Assembly: GCA_965112635.1 (NCBI GenBank)
Contig: OZ218778.1
Coordinates: 1,472,001-1,536,000 of the forward strand
DNA length: 64,000 nt
DNA from: an uncultured bacterium
GTDB taxonomy: Bacteria; Oederibacteriota; Oederibacteriia; Oederibacteriales; Oederibacteriaceae
Direction: 5' to 3'
Below, in pieces: positions 46,901-56,023 of the stretch. A program made the position numbers and the translations under genes. Within the stretch, counting starts at the first letter, position 1, and the number at the start of each line of letters is the position of its first letter. The notes beneath the pieces are model-generated. The model was not told the DNA's origin, did no database searches, and saw only the letters and a program-made list of their open reading frames with translations.

Positions 46901-47866
46901 ATGCACAAGACAGGGCTGGTGTTCCATAAGGATTTTATGAAACATTACACGGGCGAGCATCCGGAAAAGCCGGAGCGCCTGGAGTGGATCGACCGCTGCC
47001 TGCAGGAGAACAAGATGGCGGAGCATTTTACTCCCCTGGAATTCTCCGAAGCCGGGATGGAACAGCTGCTGGCAGTCCACTACAAGGACTATATCAGCGA
47101 GGTGGAGGGTATGAGCCGGAGCGGGGGCGGGTATCTGGACCCGGATACACCGGTCAGCCCGGATTCCTACAGGGTGGCCAGGATGGCCTCCGGAGGATGC
47201 ATGGCCGCGGCCAGCGCCGTGATAGAAAAAAAGGTCCGTAATGCCCTGTGCCTCATCCGGCCGCCGGGACATCATGCCAGGAAAGGCACGGGCATGGGGT
47301 TTTGCCTGTTCAACAACGCGGCAGTGACAGCACGGGCCATGCAGGCCAAATACGGCCTAAAAAAAGTCCTCATCATTGACTGGGACGTGCATCACGGCAA
47401 CGGCACCCAGGAGATATTTTACGATGACCCGGCGGTGTTCTATTTTTCCACGCACCTTTATCCTTTTTATCCGGGCACGGGCTCGCCTGAAGAAACAGGA
47501 AGGGGTGACGCCGAGGGGACGACCCTCAATGTGCCGTTTTCGCATGGAGCGGATGAGGATGAATTTAAGGTTGCTTTCAAGAAAAAATTATTTCCCGCGG
47601 CAGAAAAATTCAAGCCGGAGTTGGTCATTATTTCCGCGGGCTTTGACAGCCACAGGGAAGACCCCCTGGGCGGGCTGGGGCTGACCTGCCAGAGCTTTTA
47701 TGAGCTGACCAGGATGGTCATGGAGTTCGCGGATACGGTTTGCGAGGGCAGGGTGCTGTCCGTGCTGGAGGGAGGCTATCACCCCAAATTCCTTCCTTTG
47801 TGCGTACTGGCCCACGCGGACGCCCTGACCGGATCAAAACAAAAGACAGTTTATAAAGATATTTAA
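46901..47866 (+). CDS. Histone deacetylase/AcuC family amidohydrolase
   Basis: HPEKPERL, RPPGHHA, GFCLFNN, DWDVHHGNGTQ, SAGFD, LEGGY. Confidence 0.95.
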   Translation: MHKTGLVFHKDFMKHYTGEHPEKPERLEWIDRCLQENKMAEHFTPLEFSEAGMEQLLAVHYKDYISEVEGMSRSGGGYLDPDTPVSPDSYRVARMASGGCMAAASAVIEKKVRNALCLIRPPGHHARKGTGMGFCLFNNAAVTARAMQAKYGLKKVLIIDWDVHHGNGTQEIFYDDPAVFYFSTHLYPFYPGTGSPEETGRGDAEGTTLNVPFSHGADEDEFKVAFKKKLFPAAEKFKPELVIISAGFDSHREDPLGGLGLTCQSFYELTRMVMEFADTVCEGRVLSVLEGGYHPKFLPLCVLAHADALTGSKQKTVYKDI

Positions 47867-47900
47867 ATTTGTAACAAATTATATTGGTGCACGCAATATT

Positions 47901-48007
47901 TCCTCCCCTTTGTACGCCAAAGGCGCGCAGAGCGACGGGAGGTAGGTGGGTTAGAACGGTAGAAAGTTCTACCTCCCCTTTGTCCCCTCCTTACAAAGGA
48001 GGGGAGA
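47901..48007. repeat. REP-like GC-rich palindromic repeat
   Basis: CCTCCCCTTTGT twice; hairpin CCCCTCCTT-ACA-AAGGAGGGG. Confidence 0.55.
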
Positions 48008-48044
48008 GTTTCTTGTATTGTGTCGTTAGAAAAGGAGTATTACA

Positions 48045-48467
48045 TTGTCTAATAATGAGGAATGGCAAGATGACGGGATGTGCTTTGTCTGCGGTAAGAA
48101 AAACGAGGACGGCTTAAAGCTGGATTTCACCATTGACGAGCACAAGGTCATCCGGACGCAATGCGCATTCCCCAAAAAACTGCAGGGCTATGCTAATGTA
48201 GTGCACGGAGGATTTTTGGGGATGGTGCTGGATGAGGTCATGGTCAATCTTCCTTATAGGATGGAGAAAGTGCCGGTGGTGAGCGCGGAGTTCACAGTCA
48301 GGCTGAAAAAACCGGTCATGGTGGGCGAGACAGTCCATTTCAAAGCCTGGATCGTCAGGCATTTGCGGCGGTATTATGAAATAGAAAGCGAGGCGGCGTT
48401 AGATAGCGGTGAGGTCGTGGCGACCGCCTCTTCCAAATGTTTCCGGGTAGAGATGAAGAATCCATAA
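48045..48467 (+). CDS. PaaI family thioesterase
   Basis: CFVCGKKNEDGLKL, QGYANVVHGG..LDEVM, VRLKKPV. Confidence 0.9.
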   Translation: MSNNEEWQDDGMCFVCGKKNEDGLKLDFTIDEHKVIRTQCAFPKKLQGYANVVHGGFLGMVLDEVMVNLPYRMEKVPVVSAEFTVRLKKPVMVGETVHFKAWIVRHLRRYYEIESEAALDSGEVVATASSKCFRVEMKNP

Positions 48468-48551
48468 AAACACCATATTTTACCGCATAAAATTTGTTTA
48501 AATATTTATACAAATATGTATAATTTGTTATACGTTATTTAAGGTGAAAAT

Positions 48552-48914
48552 ATGGCCAATAATCACATTTTGGATAAGGTCCTGGGACAGGGTTCCAGAC
48601 TGGCTTTACTCAGGGATCTGTACTTTGCCCGGGGCCCGCTGTCCGGCCGGGGAGCAGCCAGCCTGGCCAGGCTGAGTCCCAGGGCCGGCCATCTGAGCCT
48701 GGCCAATCTGGTCAAGCTGGGGCTGGTCAGCCAGACTGCCAAAGGAAACAAATTACTTTTTATCCTAAACCGTGAGAATCCCCTTGTAAAATCATATCTT
48801 AGCCCGCTTTTTGAGTATGAGCGTAACCAGGAAATGGGCCTAAAACAGGGATTTCCCGGGGTTGAGCCTGAAAAGGGCTTAAATAATGGGCAAAAATTAA
48901 ATGATACACCATAA
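48552..48914 (+). CDS. Winged-HTH protein resembling the N-terminus of HTH-nucleotidyltransferase antitoxins
   Basis: LDKVLG..SRLALLR.L....LSGRGAA..L.NLVKLGLV..GNKLLFILNREN..L.PLF..E. Confidence 0.6.
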   Translation: MANNHILDKVLGQGSRLALLRDLYFARGPLSGRGAASLARLSPRAGHLSLANLVKLGLVSQTAKGNKLLFILNRENPLVKSYLSPLFEYERNQEMGLKQGFPGVEPEKGLNNGQKLNDTP

Positions 48915-49483
48915 ACTCCCAGACCAAAACAATCAAATATCACTACGCCATGGACCTGAATAATATGCGCACCCATTTGCAGATGCAGGCCGGGAATATG
49001 CCCATGGACATCATCGTTGACGGCACCGAGATATCAATAAAAGGGAAGGACGGGGCGTGGCATAAGAAAGAGCAGTCGGCAAAAACCAAAGAGATCTTGA
49101 AAAATCTTTTAGGGGAGAATTTTAGTAAGCAGGACCTGAAGGATATAACCAAAAATTATGAGATAAAGCGGAACAGGGCCAAGGACGGATGGTTCGGCAG
49201 AAGCAGAGCGGTTGATTTCACACCTAAAGGCAAACTCAAGCCATTCGCAAAGAAAACGAGCTGGATTGATCCTGACACCGGACTCACCATGGAATCGGTG
49301 CACTATGATGCCAACGGTAATGAGCTTGTCCATCACAAGGTGAAGAACCATCAAAATATTTCCGGCGTAGAGATCGGCACCGAATATGAAACCGACAGCC
49401 AGACAGCCGTGGGCAAAGCCCACAGCCATACGGTCATACAAAATGTCAGCGTAAACCAGAATATAGATAGTGAGTTCAGGTAA
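48905..49483 (+). pseudogene. 5'-truncated LolA-like/outer-membrane lipoprotein-sorting protein
   Basis: KTSWIDPDTGLTM..YDANGNEL, ..NVSVNQNIDSEF C-terminus; frame is open upstream of ATG 48950 only to a TGA at about 48902; no signal peptide. Confidence 0.5.
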
Positions 49484-49514
49484 TAAAAGATTTTAAAAAG
49501 GGGGAAAGAACATA

Positions 49515-50291
49515 ATGAAAAAGAAAATAATGGTTTTAGGAATAATCGTATTTTTGTTACCGCTTTTCATCAAACTCTCTCAGATTTTTGCTGATAACTT
49601 ACAGCCGAAACCAATTCCTGAAGATTTAATAGGTTATGACCCTGGTTCAGAAAATGACAAGAAGTTTTGGGATGAATTTGTCCATGGAAACCAGGAAGAA
49701 ATTCATCCACTTTTTATATTTCAATTTATTGCTGCGGGAAGTAGCGAAGATGTCTCGGAAAACATTGAATTTGTAATTAAGAAAAGCGGAATTAATCAAA
49801 GTGAAGAAAATGTCAAACTTCTTAAAGATTTTGCTGAAACCCTAAAATGGCAATGGATTTATTTAAGTGGTGTTGATAGAAACCCGAAACATTATGGGCC
49901 ACTTTTAAAAGATAACCTTAAAAAATTAGAAGGTCTATCTGAGGAATTTTTTAAGAAATTTAGTAGAAAAGAAAGGGTACATTTGTATTGCACTATTGAA
50001 TGGTTGTATGGGGCTAGCCGGGAGATGGAGCAAGATAAAAAGCCCTTTTCAAAAGTAAATAAAATATTACCCTCAGATTTAAACCCCAAAGGAATTGAGT
50101 CATTACGTAAACATTTTTCCAGGAAAAATAATAAATTAGCTGAAGACTATGCGGATACTGTTGCTTTTGTCAGGAGCAGGCAATATCCAGATGATCTTCC
50201 ATGGAAACAAAGGGATTCCTATATTAAGATGCGAAAGAGTAATAGAAAAAATTATCTTAATAATCTTAAATCATTTGAGTGGGAGAAATAG
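49515..50291 (+). CDS. AT-rich hypothetical secreted protein
   Basis: MKKK + hydrophobic signal, RBS-like GGGGG/AAGG upstream; strongly AT-rich codons. Confidence 0.6.
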   Translation: MKKKIMVLGIIVFLLPLFIKLSQIFADNLQPKPIPEDLIGYDPGSENDKKFWDEFVHGNQEEIHPLFIFQFIAAGSSEDVSENIEFVIKKSGINQSEENVKLLKDFAETLKWQWIYLSGVDRNPKHYGPLLKDNLKKLEGLSEEFFKKFSRKERVHLYCTIEWLYGASREMEQDKKPFSKVNKILPSDLNPKGIESLRKHFSRKNNKLAEDYADTVAFVRSRQYPDDLPWKQRDSYIKMRKSNRKNYLNNLKSFEWEK

Positions 50292-50294
50292 ATT

Positions 50295-50653
50295 TTGCGA
50301 TATTTCGTTCTGTCGATAGAAATGATATTGGTTCTATATGTCAGTGTATGTTTTGCTCAAGCATCGCCGACATATGTTGTCACGGCGAGTCGATTCTCCC
50401 TTGATAACCAGAATAATAATTTATATGTTTCTCTTCCTTATTCGAAAGTTAAAGATAAAACAAACTCATATTTTGGAATTTTAGGAAAAGAGTGATTGTA
50501 AGTTATAGGGGAATGAAAATAATTGCCCCGATAAAGGACGCTGGGCCATGGAATATTTTTGATAATTATTGGGCCAGTTTAGCTAATCGTGATAGAAATG
50601 GATTTGGAATACCATCAGGTTCAAATTATGCTAATGATAAAACTTTCATTTGA
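50295..50653 (+). pseudogene. Frameshifted secreted protein with a DPBB/RlpA-like motif, ending at the transposon end
   Basis: Restoring one A in the run at 50486-50489 joins ..YFGILGK to RVIVSYRGMKIIAPIKDAGPWNIFDNYW..; TGA abuts the inverted repeat. Confidence 0.5.
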
Positions 50654-50674
50654 ATTGGGGTCGTGTCTTGACAT

Positions 50675-50703
50675 TTGACATTTAGGGAAAGGGTTGTTAG
50701 GAT
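50675..50703 (+). promoter_or_regulatory. Transposase promoter with -35 box inside the left IR
   Basis: TTGACA-17 nt-TAGGAT, 9 nt before ATG. Confidence 0.55.
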
Positions 50704-50712
50704 GGCGGCACT

Positions 50713-51549
50713 ATGGCGAGACAATTACGGATCCAATATGAAGATGCCCTGTATCACGTCACGAGCAGGGGCAATGCCCGGGAAAAGGTGTTTTATAACG
50801 ATAAAGACAGGGAGAAATTCCTGGAGGTATTGGCCCTAGGCGTTAAACGATTTGGCTGGCGGTGCCACGCCTATTGTTTAATGAGCAATCATTATCACCT
50901 GCTGATAGAAACCCCACGCCCCAACCTTTCCATCGGAATGAGACAATTAAACGGGATATATACCCAGACCTTCAACCGCAGTCACAAAAGAGTGGGGCAT
51001 TTATTTCAGGGCAGGTTTAAAAGCATCCATGTGGAGAAGGAAGGGCATTTACTGGAGCTGTGCCGGTATGTGGTGCTAAATCCAGTGAGAGCCAGGATGG
51101 TGGAGAAACCGGAGGAATGGAAATGGAGCAGTTACCGGGCCACGGCCGGGCAGGAAAAAGCCGGGGAGTATCTTTATACGGACTGGATATTGAGTCAGTT
51201 CGGCAAAAAAAAGAAACAGGCGCAAAAGATGTACAGGAAATTTGTCGCAGAGGGGATCAAGGAGGGCAAGAAGCCCTGGGAAAAGGTCAAAGGGCAGGTC
51301 TATTTGGGGAGCGAGGATTTTGTGCAGGATTTGAAAGGGAGGCTGAAAGACAGGGATCTGAAAGAAGTGCCGGCTGTCCAGAAAATGGCCGTAAAGAAGA
51401 GCCTGAAAGAGCTATTTAAGAATGAGGGGACGGCGGAGGAGATAGAAAGAGCGAGGGAACACGGGCATACGATGAAAGGGATTGCGGAGCATTTGGGATT
51501 GCATTATAGTGCGGTAACACAGAGAGTCAAAAGAGGTTATGGAAAATGA
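50713..51549 (+). CDS. RAYT/TnpA-REP-like Y1 tyrosine transposase with C-terminal HTH
   Basis: YHVTSRGN, AYCLMSNHYHLL (HUH), GHLFQGRFKS, RYVVLNPVRA, WKWSSY, TMKGIAEHLGLHYSAVT. Confidence 0.92.
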   Translation: MARQLRIQYEDALYHVTSRGNAREKVFYNDKDREKFLEVLALGVKRFGWRCHAYCLMSNHYHLLIETPRPNLSIGMRQLNGIYTQTFNRSHKRVGHLFQGRFKSIHVEKEGHLLELCRYVVLNPVRARMVEKPEEWKWSSYRATAGQEKAGEYLYTDWILSQFGKKKKQAQKMYRKFVAEGIKEGKKPWEKVKGQVYLGSEDFVQDLKGRLKDRDLKEVPAVQKMAVKKSLKELFKNEGTAEEIERAREHGHTMKGIAEHLGLHYSAVTQRVKRGYGK

Positions 51550-51579
51550 GGAAATGTCAAATGTCAAGATGTGACCCCA

Positions 51580-52833
51580 ATGGTTGATCAGAGCATTATC
51601 AGGCAAAAGTGCCGGGAAGACGGCAAGCCGATTGTGGATGCCATCGTGGAGGTCATCCGCCGCAGGTCGGACGAGAAAAGCACTCTGTTCGCGGTGTGCC
51701 CCAACTCAGAATCAGTGACCCGGGCGGCTTTGCAGGCCGGTAAAAAAGCAGGGGCACCGGTCATTTACGCGGCCACCCTCAACCAGGTGGATGATGACCG
51801 GGGATACACAGGCTGGACCCAGGCTGAATTCGTCGATTTTATCACCAAGGAAGCGGGCCGGATCGGTTTTGATGGGCCTGTCATACCCTGTTTGGACCAC
51901 GGCGGGCCGTGGCTCAAAGACAAACATAGCAGCGAGGGTTTCAGCTATCAGGCCACAGTGACGGCTTTGAAAAATAGCCTGGTTTCCTGCGTGAAGGCCG
52001 GCTATGACCTGTTGCATATCGACCCCACGGTGGACAAGACCCTGAAGTCCGGCGCAACTTTGAGCATTGATGTGGTGGTCCAGCGGACCGTGGAGTGCAT
52101 CGACCATGTGGAAAAGTTCCGCAGGGAAAATAAGCTGCCTAGGATAAGCTACGAGGTCGGCACCGAGGAAGTCCACGGCGGGCTGGCGGACAAAAAAGTT
52201 TTCATCCGTTTTTTGGAACAGCTCAAAGCCGGACTAAGCGCAAAAGGGTATGCCGAAGTCTGGCCCTGCTTCATCGTGGGAAAGGTGGGGACAGACCTGC
52301 ATACCACCCTATTTGACCCGCAGGTAGCCAGGGAGCTCGCCCAGCTGGCCGCTCCCTACGGGTCGGTCATTAAAGGCCATTACACGGATTATGTGGAAAA
52401 CCCTGAAAAATACCCGGAAAGCGGCATGGGTGCGGCCAATATCGGGCCTGAGTTCACCGAAGAAGAATATAAGGCCCTGATGCATTTGATCCAATTGGAA
52501 AAAGGGAAAGCCAAGGACTCCGGCCTAAAAGAAGCCTTAGCCAACGCGGTCAATGCAAGCGGCCGCTGGAAAAAGTGGCTGCAACCCGATGAAAAAGGCA
52601 AGGGGCTTAACCAGCTCAGCGAAGAGCGGCAGGAGTGGCTCATCAGGACCGGCAGCCGGTATATTTGGACCGATGCCAACGTGGTCAAATGCCGCCGCAA
52701 CCTTTACCAAAACCTCAAGGACACCCTGGACGCGGACCAGTTCGTCCTGGACGCCATCCTCAAGCCCATGATGAAATATTACGGGTCTTTTAATCTCATG
52801 GGCATCAACAAGTTCCTGGAAAAGGCGCTGTAA
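51580..52833 (+). CDS. GatZ/KbaZ family protein (tagatose-bisphosphate aldolase non-catalytic subunit / hexose-6-phosphate 4-epimerase-like)
   Basis: AVCPNS, ATLNQVD..GYTGWT, LDHGGPW, LHIDPT, YEVGTEEVHGG, KGHYTDY, ANIGPEFT. Confidence 0.85.
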   Translation: MVDQSIIRQKCREDGKPIVDAIVEVIRRRSDEKSTLFAVCPNSESVTRAALQAGKKAGAPVIYAATLNQVDDDRGYTGWTQAEFVDFITKEAGRIGFDGPVIPCLDHGGPWLKDKHSSEGFSYQATVTALKNSLVSCVKAGYDLLHIDPTVDKTLKSGATLSIDVVVQRTVECIDHVEKFRRENKLPRISYEVGTEEVHGGLADKKVFIRFLEQLKAGLSAKGYAEVWPCFIVGKVGTDLHTTLFDPQVARELAQLAAPYGSVIKGHYTDYVENPEKYPESGMGAANIGPEFTEEEYKALMHLIQLEKGKAKDSGLKEALANAVNASGRWKKWLQPDEKGKGLNQLSEERQEWLIRTGSRYIWTDANVVKCRRNLYQNLKDTLDADQFVLDAILKPMMKYYGSFNLMGINKFLEKAL

Positions 52834-52837
52834 GACC

Positions 52838-53476
52838 ATGCTCAAAATCACGGAGATCTTTAAAAGCATCCAGGGTGAGTCGTCTTTCGCGGGTTACGCC
52901 TGCACCTTTATCAGGCTGGCGGGTTGCAACCTCGACTGTACCTGGTGCGACACGAAATATTTCCAGGACAAGGGCGAGAACTGGAAGGCCGGGGATATCC
53001 TCAATGCCATCCAGGAGATGGGCTGCCCCCTGGTGGAGTTCACGGGCGGAGAGCCCTTGCTGCAGCAGGAGGTCTATCCGCTGATCACGAGAGTGCTTGA
53101 CACGGGTTACCAAGTGCTGGTGGAGACCAACGGCAGCATCCACCTGGGACAGTTGGACCCCAGGGCCGTCAAGGTGATGGACGTCAAATGTCCCGGGAGC
53201 GGGATGTCCCACAAGATGAACTGGTCCAACGTGGACCTGCTCAAGGAAAGGGATGAGGTCAAGTTCGTGATCAGCAACCGAGCTGATTATGACTGGGCCG
53301 TGGGGATCCTTAAAAAATTCAATTTGCCGCAGAAGGCGCTGGTGGTTTTTTCGCCTGTTTTTGGGACCCTGGAATCCAGGCATCTGGCCGAATGGATTTT
53401 GGCCGACCATTTGCCGGTCAGGCTCCAGCTCCAACTCCACAAGTACATCTGGGACCCGTCCCTGCGGGGAGTCTAG
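52838..53476 (+). CDS. queE: 7-carboxy-7-deazaguanine synthase (radical SAM)
   Basis: EIFKSIQGE, RLAGCNLDCTWCDT, TGGEPL, ETNG, QLHKYIW. Confidence 0.95.
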   Translation: MLKITEIFKSIQGESSFAGYACTFIRLAGCNLDCTWCDTKYFQDKGENWKAGDILNAIQEMGCPLVEFTGGEPLLQQEVYPLITRVLDTGYQVLVETNGSIHLGQLDPRAVKVMDVKCPGSGMSHKMNWSNVDLLKERDEVKFVISNRADYDWAVGILKKFNLPQKALVVFSPVFGTLESRHLAEWILADHLPVRLQLQLHKYIWDPSLRGV

Positions 53477-54172
53477 ATGAAAAAGGCCCTGGTCCTCCTA
53501 AGCGGCGGACTGGACTCCACGACCCTCCTAGCCCTGGTCAGGTCAGCCGGTTACCAGGCGGTGTGCCTGACCTTTTCATACGGCCAGCGCCACCAGGTAG
53601 AGATCAAAAAGGCCGGCCGTATCGCCAAGCATTACAAAGCCAAAGAGCACCTTGTCCTCGAACTTCCCAAGTCGTTATTCACTGGTTCTGCCTTGACCGA
53701 CATCCGGCAGGTCCCCCAATCCAGGTCATTCCAGGAAATGAAAAGGCACATACCCATCACTTATGTGCCGGCCCGCAACACCGTTTTCCTGTCTTTGGCC
53801 TTGGCCGTGGCCGAAAGCCGCCGATGCCAGGATATTTTTATTGGGGCCAATGCGTTGGATTACAGTGGCTATCCGGATTGCCGGCCAAAATACCTGAGGT
53901 CTTTTGAAAATACGGCCAATTTGGGCACCAAAGCAGGGGCTACCGGGCGCCTCCGGTTCAGGATACAAGCACCGTTCATTGCCATGACCAAGGCCCAAAT
54001 TATCCGGACTGGTTTGAAACTGGGTGTGGACTACGGCCTGACCCACAGTTGTTATGACCCGGGACCTGGAGGCAAACCCTGCGGCAAGTGCGACAGCTGC
54101 CTGCTCCGAGCAAAAGGGTTCCGCGAGGCTGGGGCCATTGACCCGCTGGCCGGGTCCAGGAAAAGAACATGA
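53477..54172 (+). CDS. queC: 7-cyano-7-deazaguanine synthase
   Basis: LLSGGLDS, YGQRH, TYVPARN, DYSGYPDCRP, SCY..CGKCDSC. Confidence 0.96.
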   Translation: MKKALVLLSGGLDSTTLLALVRSAGYQAVCLTFSYGQRHQVEIKKAGRIAKHYKAKEHLVLELPKSLFTGSALTDIRQVPQSRSFQEMKRHIPITYVPARNTVFLSLALAVAESRRCQDIFIGANALDYSGYPDCRPKYLRSFENTANLGTKAGATGRLRFRIQAPFIAMTKAQIIRTGLKLGVDYGLTHSCYDPGPGGKPCGKCDSCLLRAKGFREAGAIDPLAGSRKRT

Positions 54173-54903
54173 AACCCTTTAAGGTCAGCGTCTGTTTCTG
54201 GCCCGACCAGCTGAAGAATTTTTCCCTAAAAGGCCAGGCCGCGGTGGTCCTGGATGTCCTCAGGGCAAGCACCACGATCGTCAATGCTTTGAGCAGCGGA
54301 GCCAGCTGGGTCCAGGCTGTGACCGGTGTTGGCCAGGCCCACAAGTTATCCCGTTCCTATCCCAGAGGCGCAGTGCTCTTGGGCGGAGAAAGAGGCGGGG
54401 TAAGGATCCCCGGTTTTCATCTGGGGAATTCACCGCTGGAATTCTCTCCCCAAAAGGTGCGTGGAAAAGGGATCATCTTTACCACTACCAACGGCACCAG
54501 GGCGCTGGAGCAATGCAGAGCCGCTTCGATCATATTAGTGGCCGGTTTGACCAATGCCGCCAGCGCGGCCCGTTATATAGTGAAACTAAACCGGGACACG
54601 GTGCTGGTGTGCGCCTGCCAGGAGAGAGATTTTTCCCTGGAGGATGGCATCGGCGCGGGAGCTTTGGCCTATAAATTGGAGCAAAGGGGAGCTCAGCTGA
54701 GCTTGGAAGCGAAACTGGCCAAAACCATGTTCCTTCATTTCCGGCAGGGACTGGCCCAAGCTTTGAGAAAAACAAGCCACGGCCAAAACCTGGCTAAATT
54801 GGGCCTGGGACGCGATATTTTGGCCTGCGCCAAGCTGGATTCCAAGGAAAGCGTGCCGGTCCTCCAAGGAAAGCGTTTGATTGATAGGCCCAGTTTTGTT
54901 TAA
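54169..54903 (+). CDS. comB: 2-phosphosulfolactate phosphatase family protein
   Basis: VLDVLRASTTI, GERGG..GFHLGNSP, TTTNGT, SLEDGIGAG. Confidence 0.92.
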   Translation: MKPFKVSVCFWPDQLKNFSLKGQAAVVLDVLRASTTIVNALSSGASWVQAVTGVGQAHKLSRSYPRGAVLLGGERGGVRIPGFHLGNSPLEFSPQKVRGKGIIFTTTNGTRALEQCRAASIILVAGLTNAASAARYIVKLNRDTVLVCACQERDFSLEDGIGAGALAYKLEQRGAQLSLEAKLAKTMFLHFRQGLAQALRKTSHGQNLAKLGLGRDILACAKLDSKESVPVLQGKRLIDRPSFV

Positions 54904-54936
54904 ATGATATAGAAAGACTTGAGGAAGGAAGAAGAA

Positions 54937-55380
54937 ATGACCAAGATCCTATTGCGGATATTTGACGCCAACGCCAACAGGACCCGCGAGGGATTGCGGG
55001 TCGTGGAGGAAGTGGCGAGGTTCATCCTGAACCACAGTCAGCTCACCAAGCGCCTCAAAGGCGCGCGCCACCACCTGGACCTTGCCTTGAAAGAACTGGA
55101 AGCCAGGAATAACGCCAGGTTCATCCTGCACCGGGAAAGTGAATACGACGTGGGAGCCATCTCGTTCCTGGTATCCGAACGCAAGAGGGATGACCTGGAA
55201 GATCTGGTGACAGCCAATTTCAAAAGGGTCGAAGAGGGCTTAAGGGTGCTGGAGGAGTTTTCCAAAATGGTGAAGGGCCGGAGTGCGGATTCTTTTAAGG
55301 CCCTGCGGTTCAGGGTTTACACCCTGGAAAAGGACCTGCACCTGGCCATGCAAAAATCGTGGAAGAAAAGAAAGAAGTAA
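54937..55380 (+). CDS. ThiD2-like helical protein (N-terminal module of long ThiE)
   Basis: RIFDANANRTREGLRVVEEVARF, ANFKRVEEGLRVLEEFSK, RFRVYTLEK. Confidence 0.85.
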   Translation: MTKILLRIFDANANRTREGLRVVEEVARFILNHSQLTKRLKGARHHLDLALKELEARNNARFILHRESEYDVGAISFLVSERKRDDLEDLVTANFKRVEEGLRVLEEFSKMVKGRSADSFKALRFRVYTLEKDLHLAMQKSWKKRKK

Positions 55381-55390
55381 AAGAGGAGCT

Positions 55391-56023
55391 ATGACCAAAA
55401 ACATTTCCGGCCTTTATGTGATCATCGATGCCGGCGCTGTGGGCAAGCGTTCCCTGATGGATGTCACCAAGCAGGTCCTGGAGGGCGGAGCTACCATCGT
55501 GCAGTACCGGGATAAAGACGCGGACTCCAAAGATTTTTATGTCACGGCCAAAGCCCTGTTCAAGCTGGTCAAAGGACACAAGAGGCTTTTCATCATCAAC
55601 GACCGTCTGGACATCGCCAGAGCCGTGGACGCGGACGGGGTCCATGTGGGGCAGGAGGATTTCCCCCTGTCCTATGCGCGGAGCGTGCTGGGGCCCAGGA
55701 AGATCATCGGCGTGTCCACCCACAGCTGGAAGCAGGCCATCCAATCAGCTAAGGAAGACGTGGACTACATCAGCGTGGGACCTGTTTTCAAGACGCCCCT
55801 AAAATCGTATTTAAAACCCGTGGGGTTGGAATTGGTCTACCGGGTCGCCAAAGAAGTCAAAAGGCCGGTGGTCGCCATCGGAGGCATCAAAGTCCAAAAT
55901 GTGCAAAAAGTTCTGAAGGCCGGGGCCACGACCGTGGCGGTCATTTCCGCGGTTTTAAAGGCGAAAAACACCAAAAAAGCCTGCAGGGATATGATAGAGA
56001 AGATGGCTTTTTCTAAGGATTAG
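55391..56023 (+). CDS. thiE: Thiamine-phosphate synthase
   Basis: LYVI, VQYRDK, IINDRLDIA, GVHVGQED, GVSTH, AIGGI; RBS GAGGAG before ATG 55391. Confidence 0.95.
   Translation: MTKNISGLYVIIDAGAVGKRSLMDVTKQVLEGGATIVQYRDKDADSKDFYVTAKALFKLVKGHKRLFIINDRLDIARAVDADGVHVGQEDFPLSYARSVLGPRKIIGVSTHSWKQAIQSAKEDVDYISVGPVFKTPLKSYLKPVGLELVYRVAKEVKRPVVAIGGIKVQNVQKVLKAGATTVAVISAVLKAKNTKKACRDMIEKMAFSKD

Larger units (their letters stand above)
50654..51581 (+). mobile_element. Y1/HUH transposase element with 30-bp terminal inverted repeats
   Basis: Left ATTGGGGTCGTGTCTTGACATTTGACATTT (50654-50683); right AAATGTCAAATGTCAAGATGTGACCCCAAT (51552-51581); 27/30 complementary. Confidence 0.85.

Noticed and set aside
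55283-55390. N-terminal extension of thiE or fusion with the ThiD2 module
   Set aside because: The upstream gene has its own stop and thiE has a good RBS and ATG at 55391
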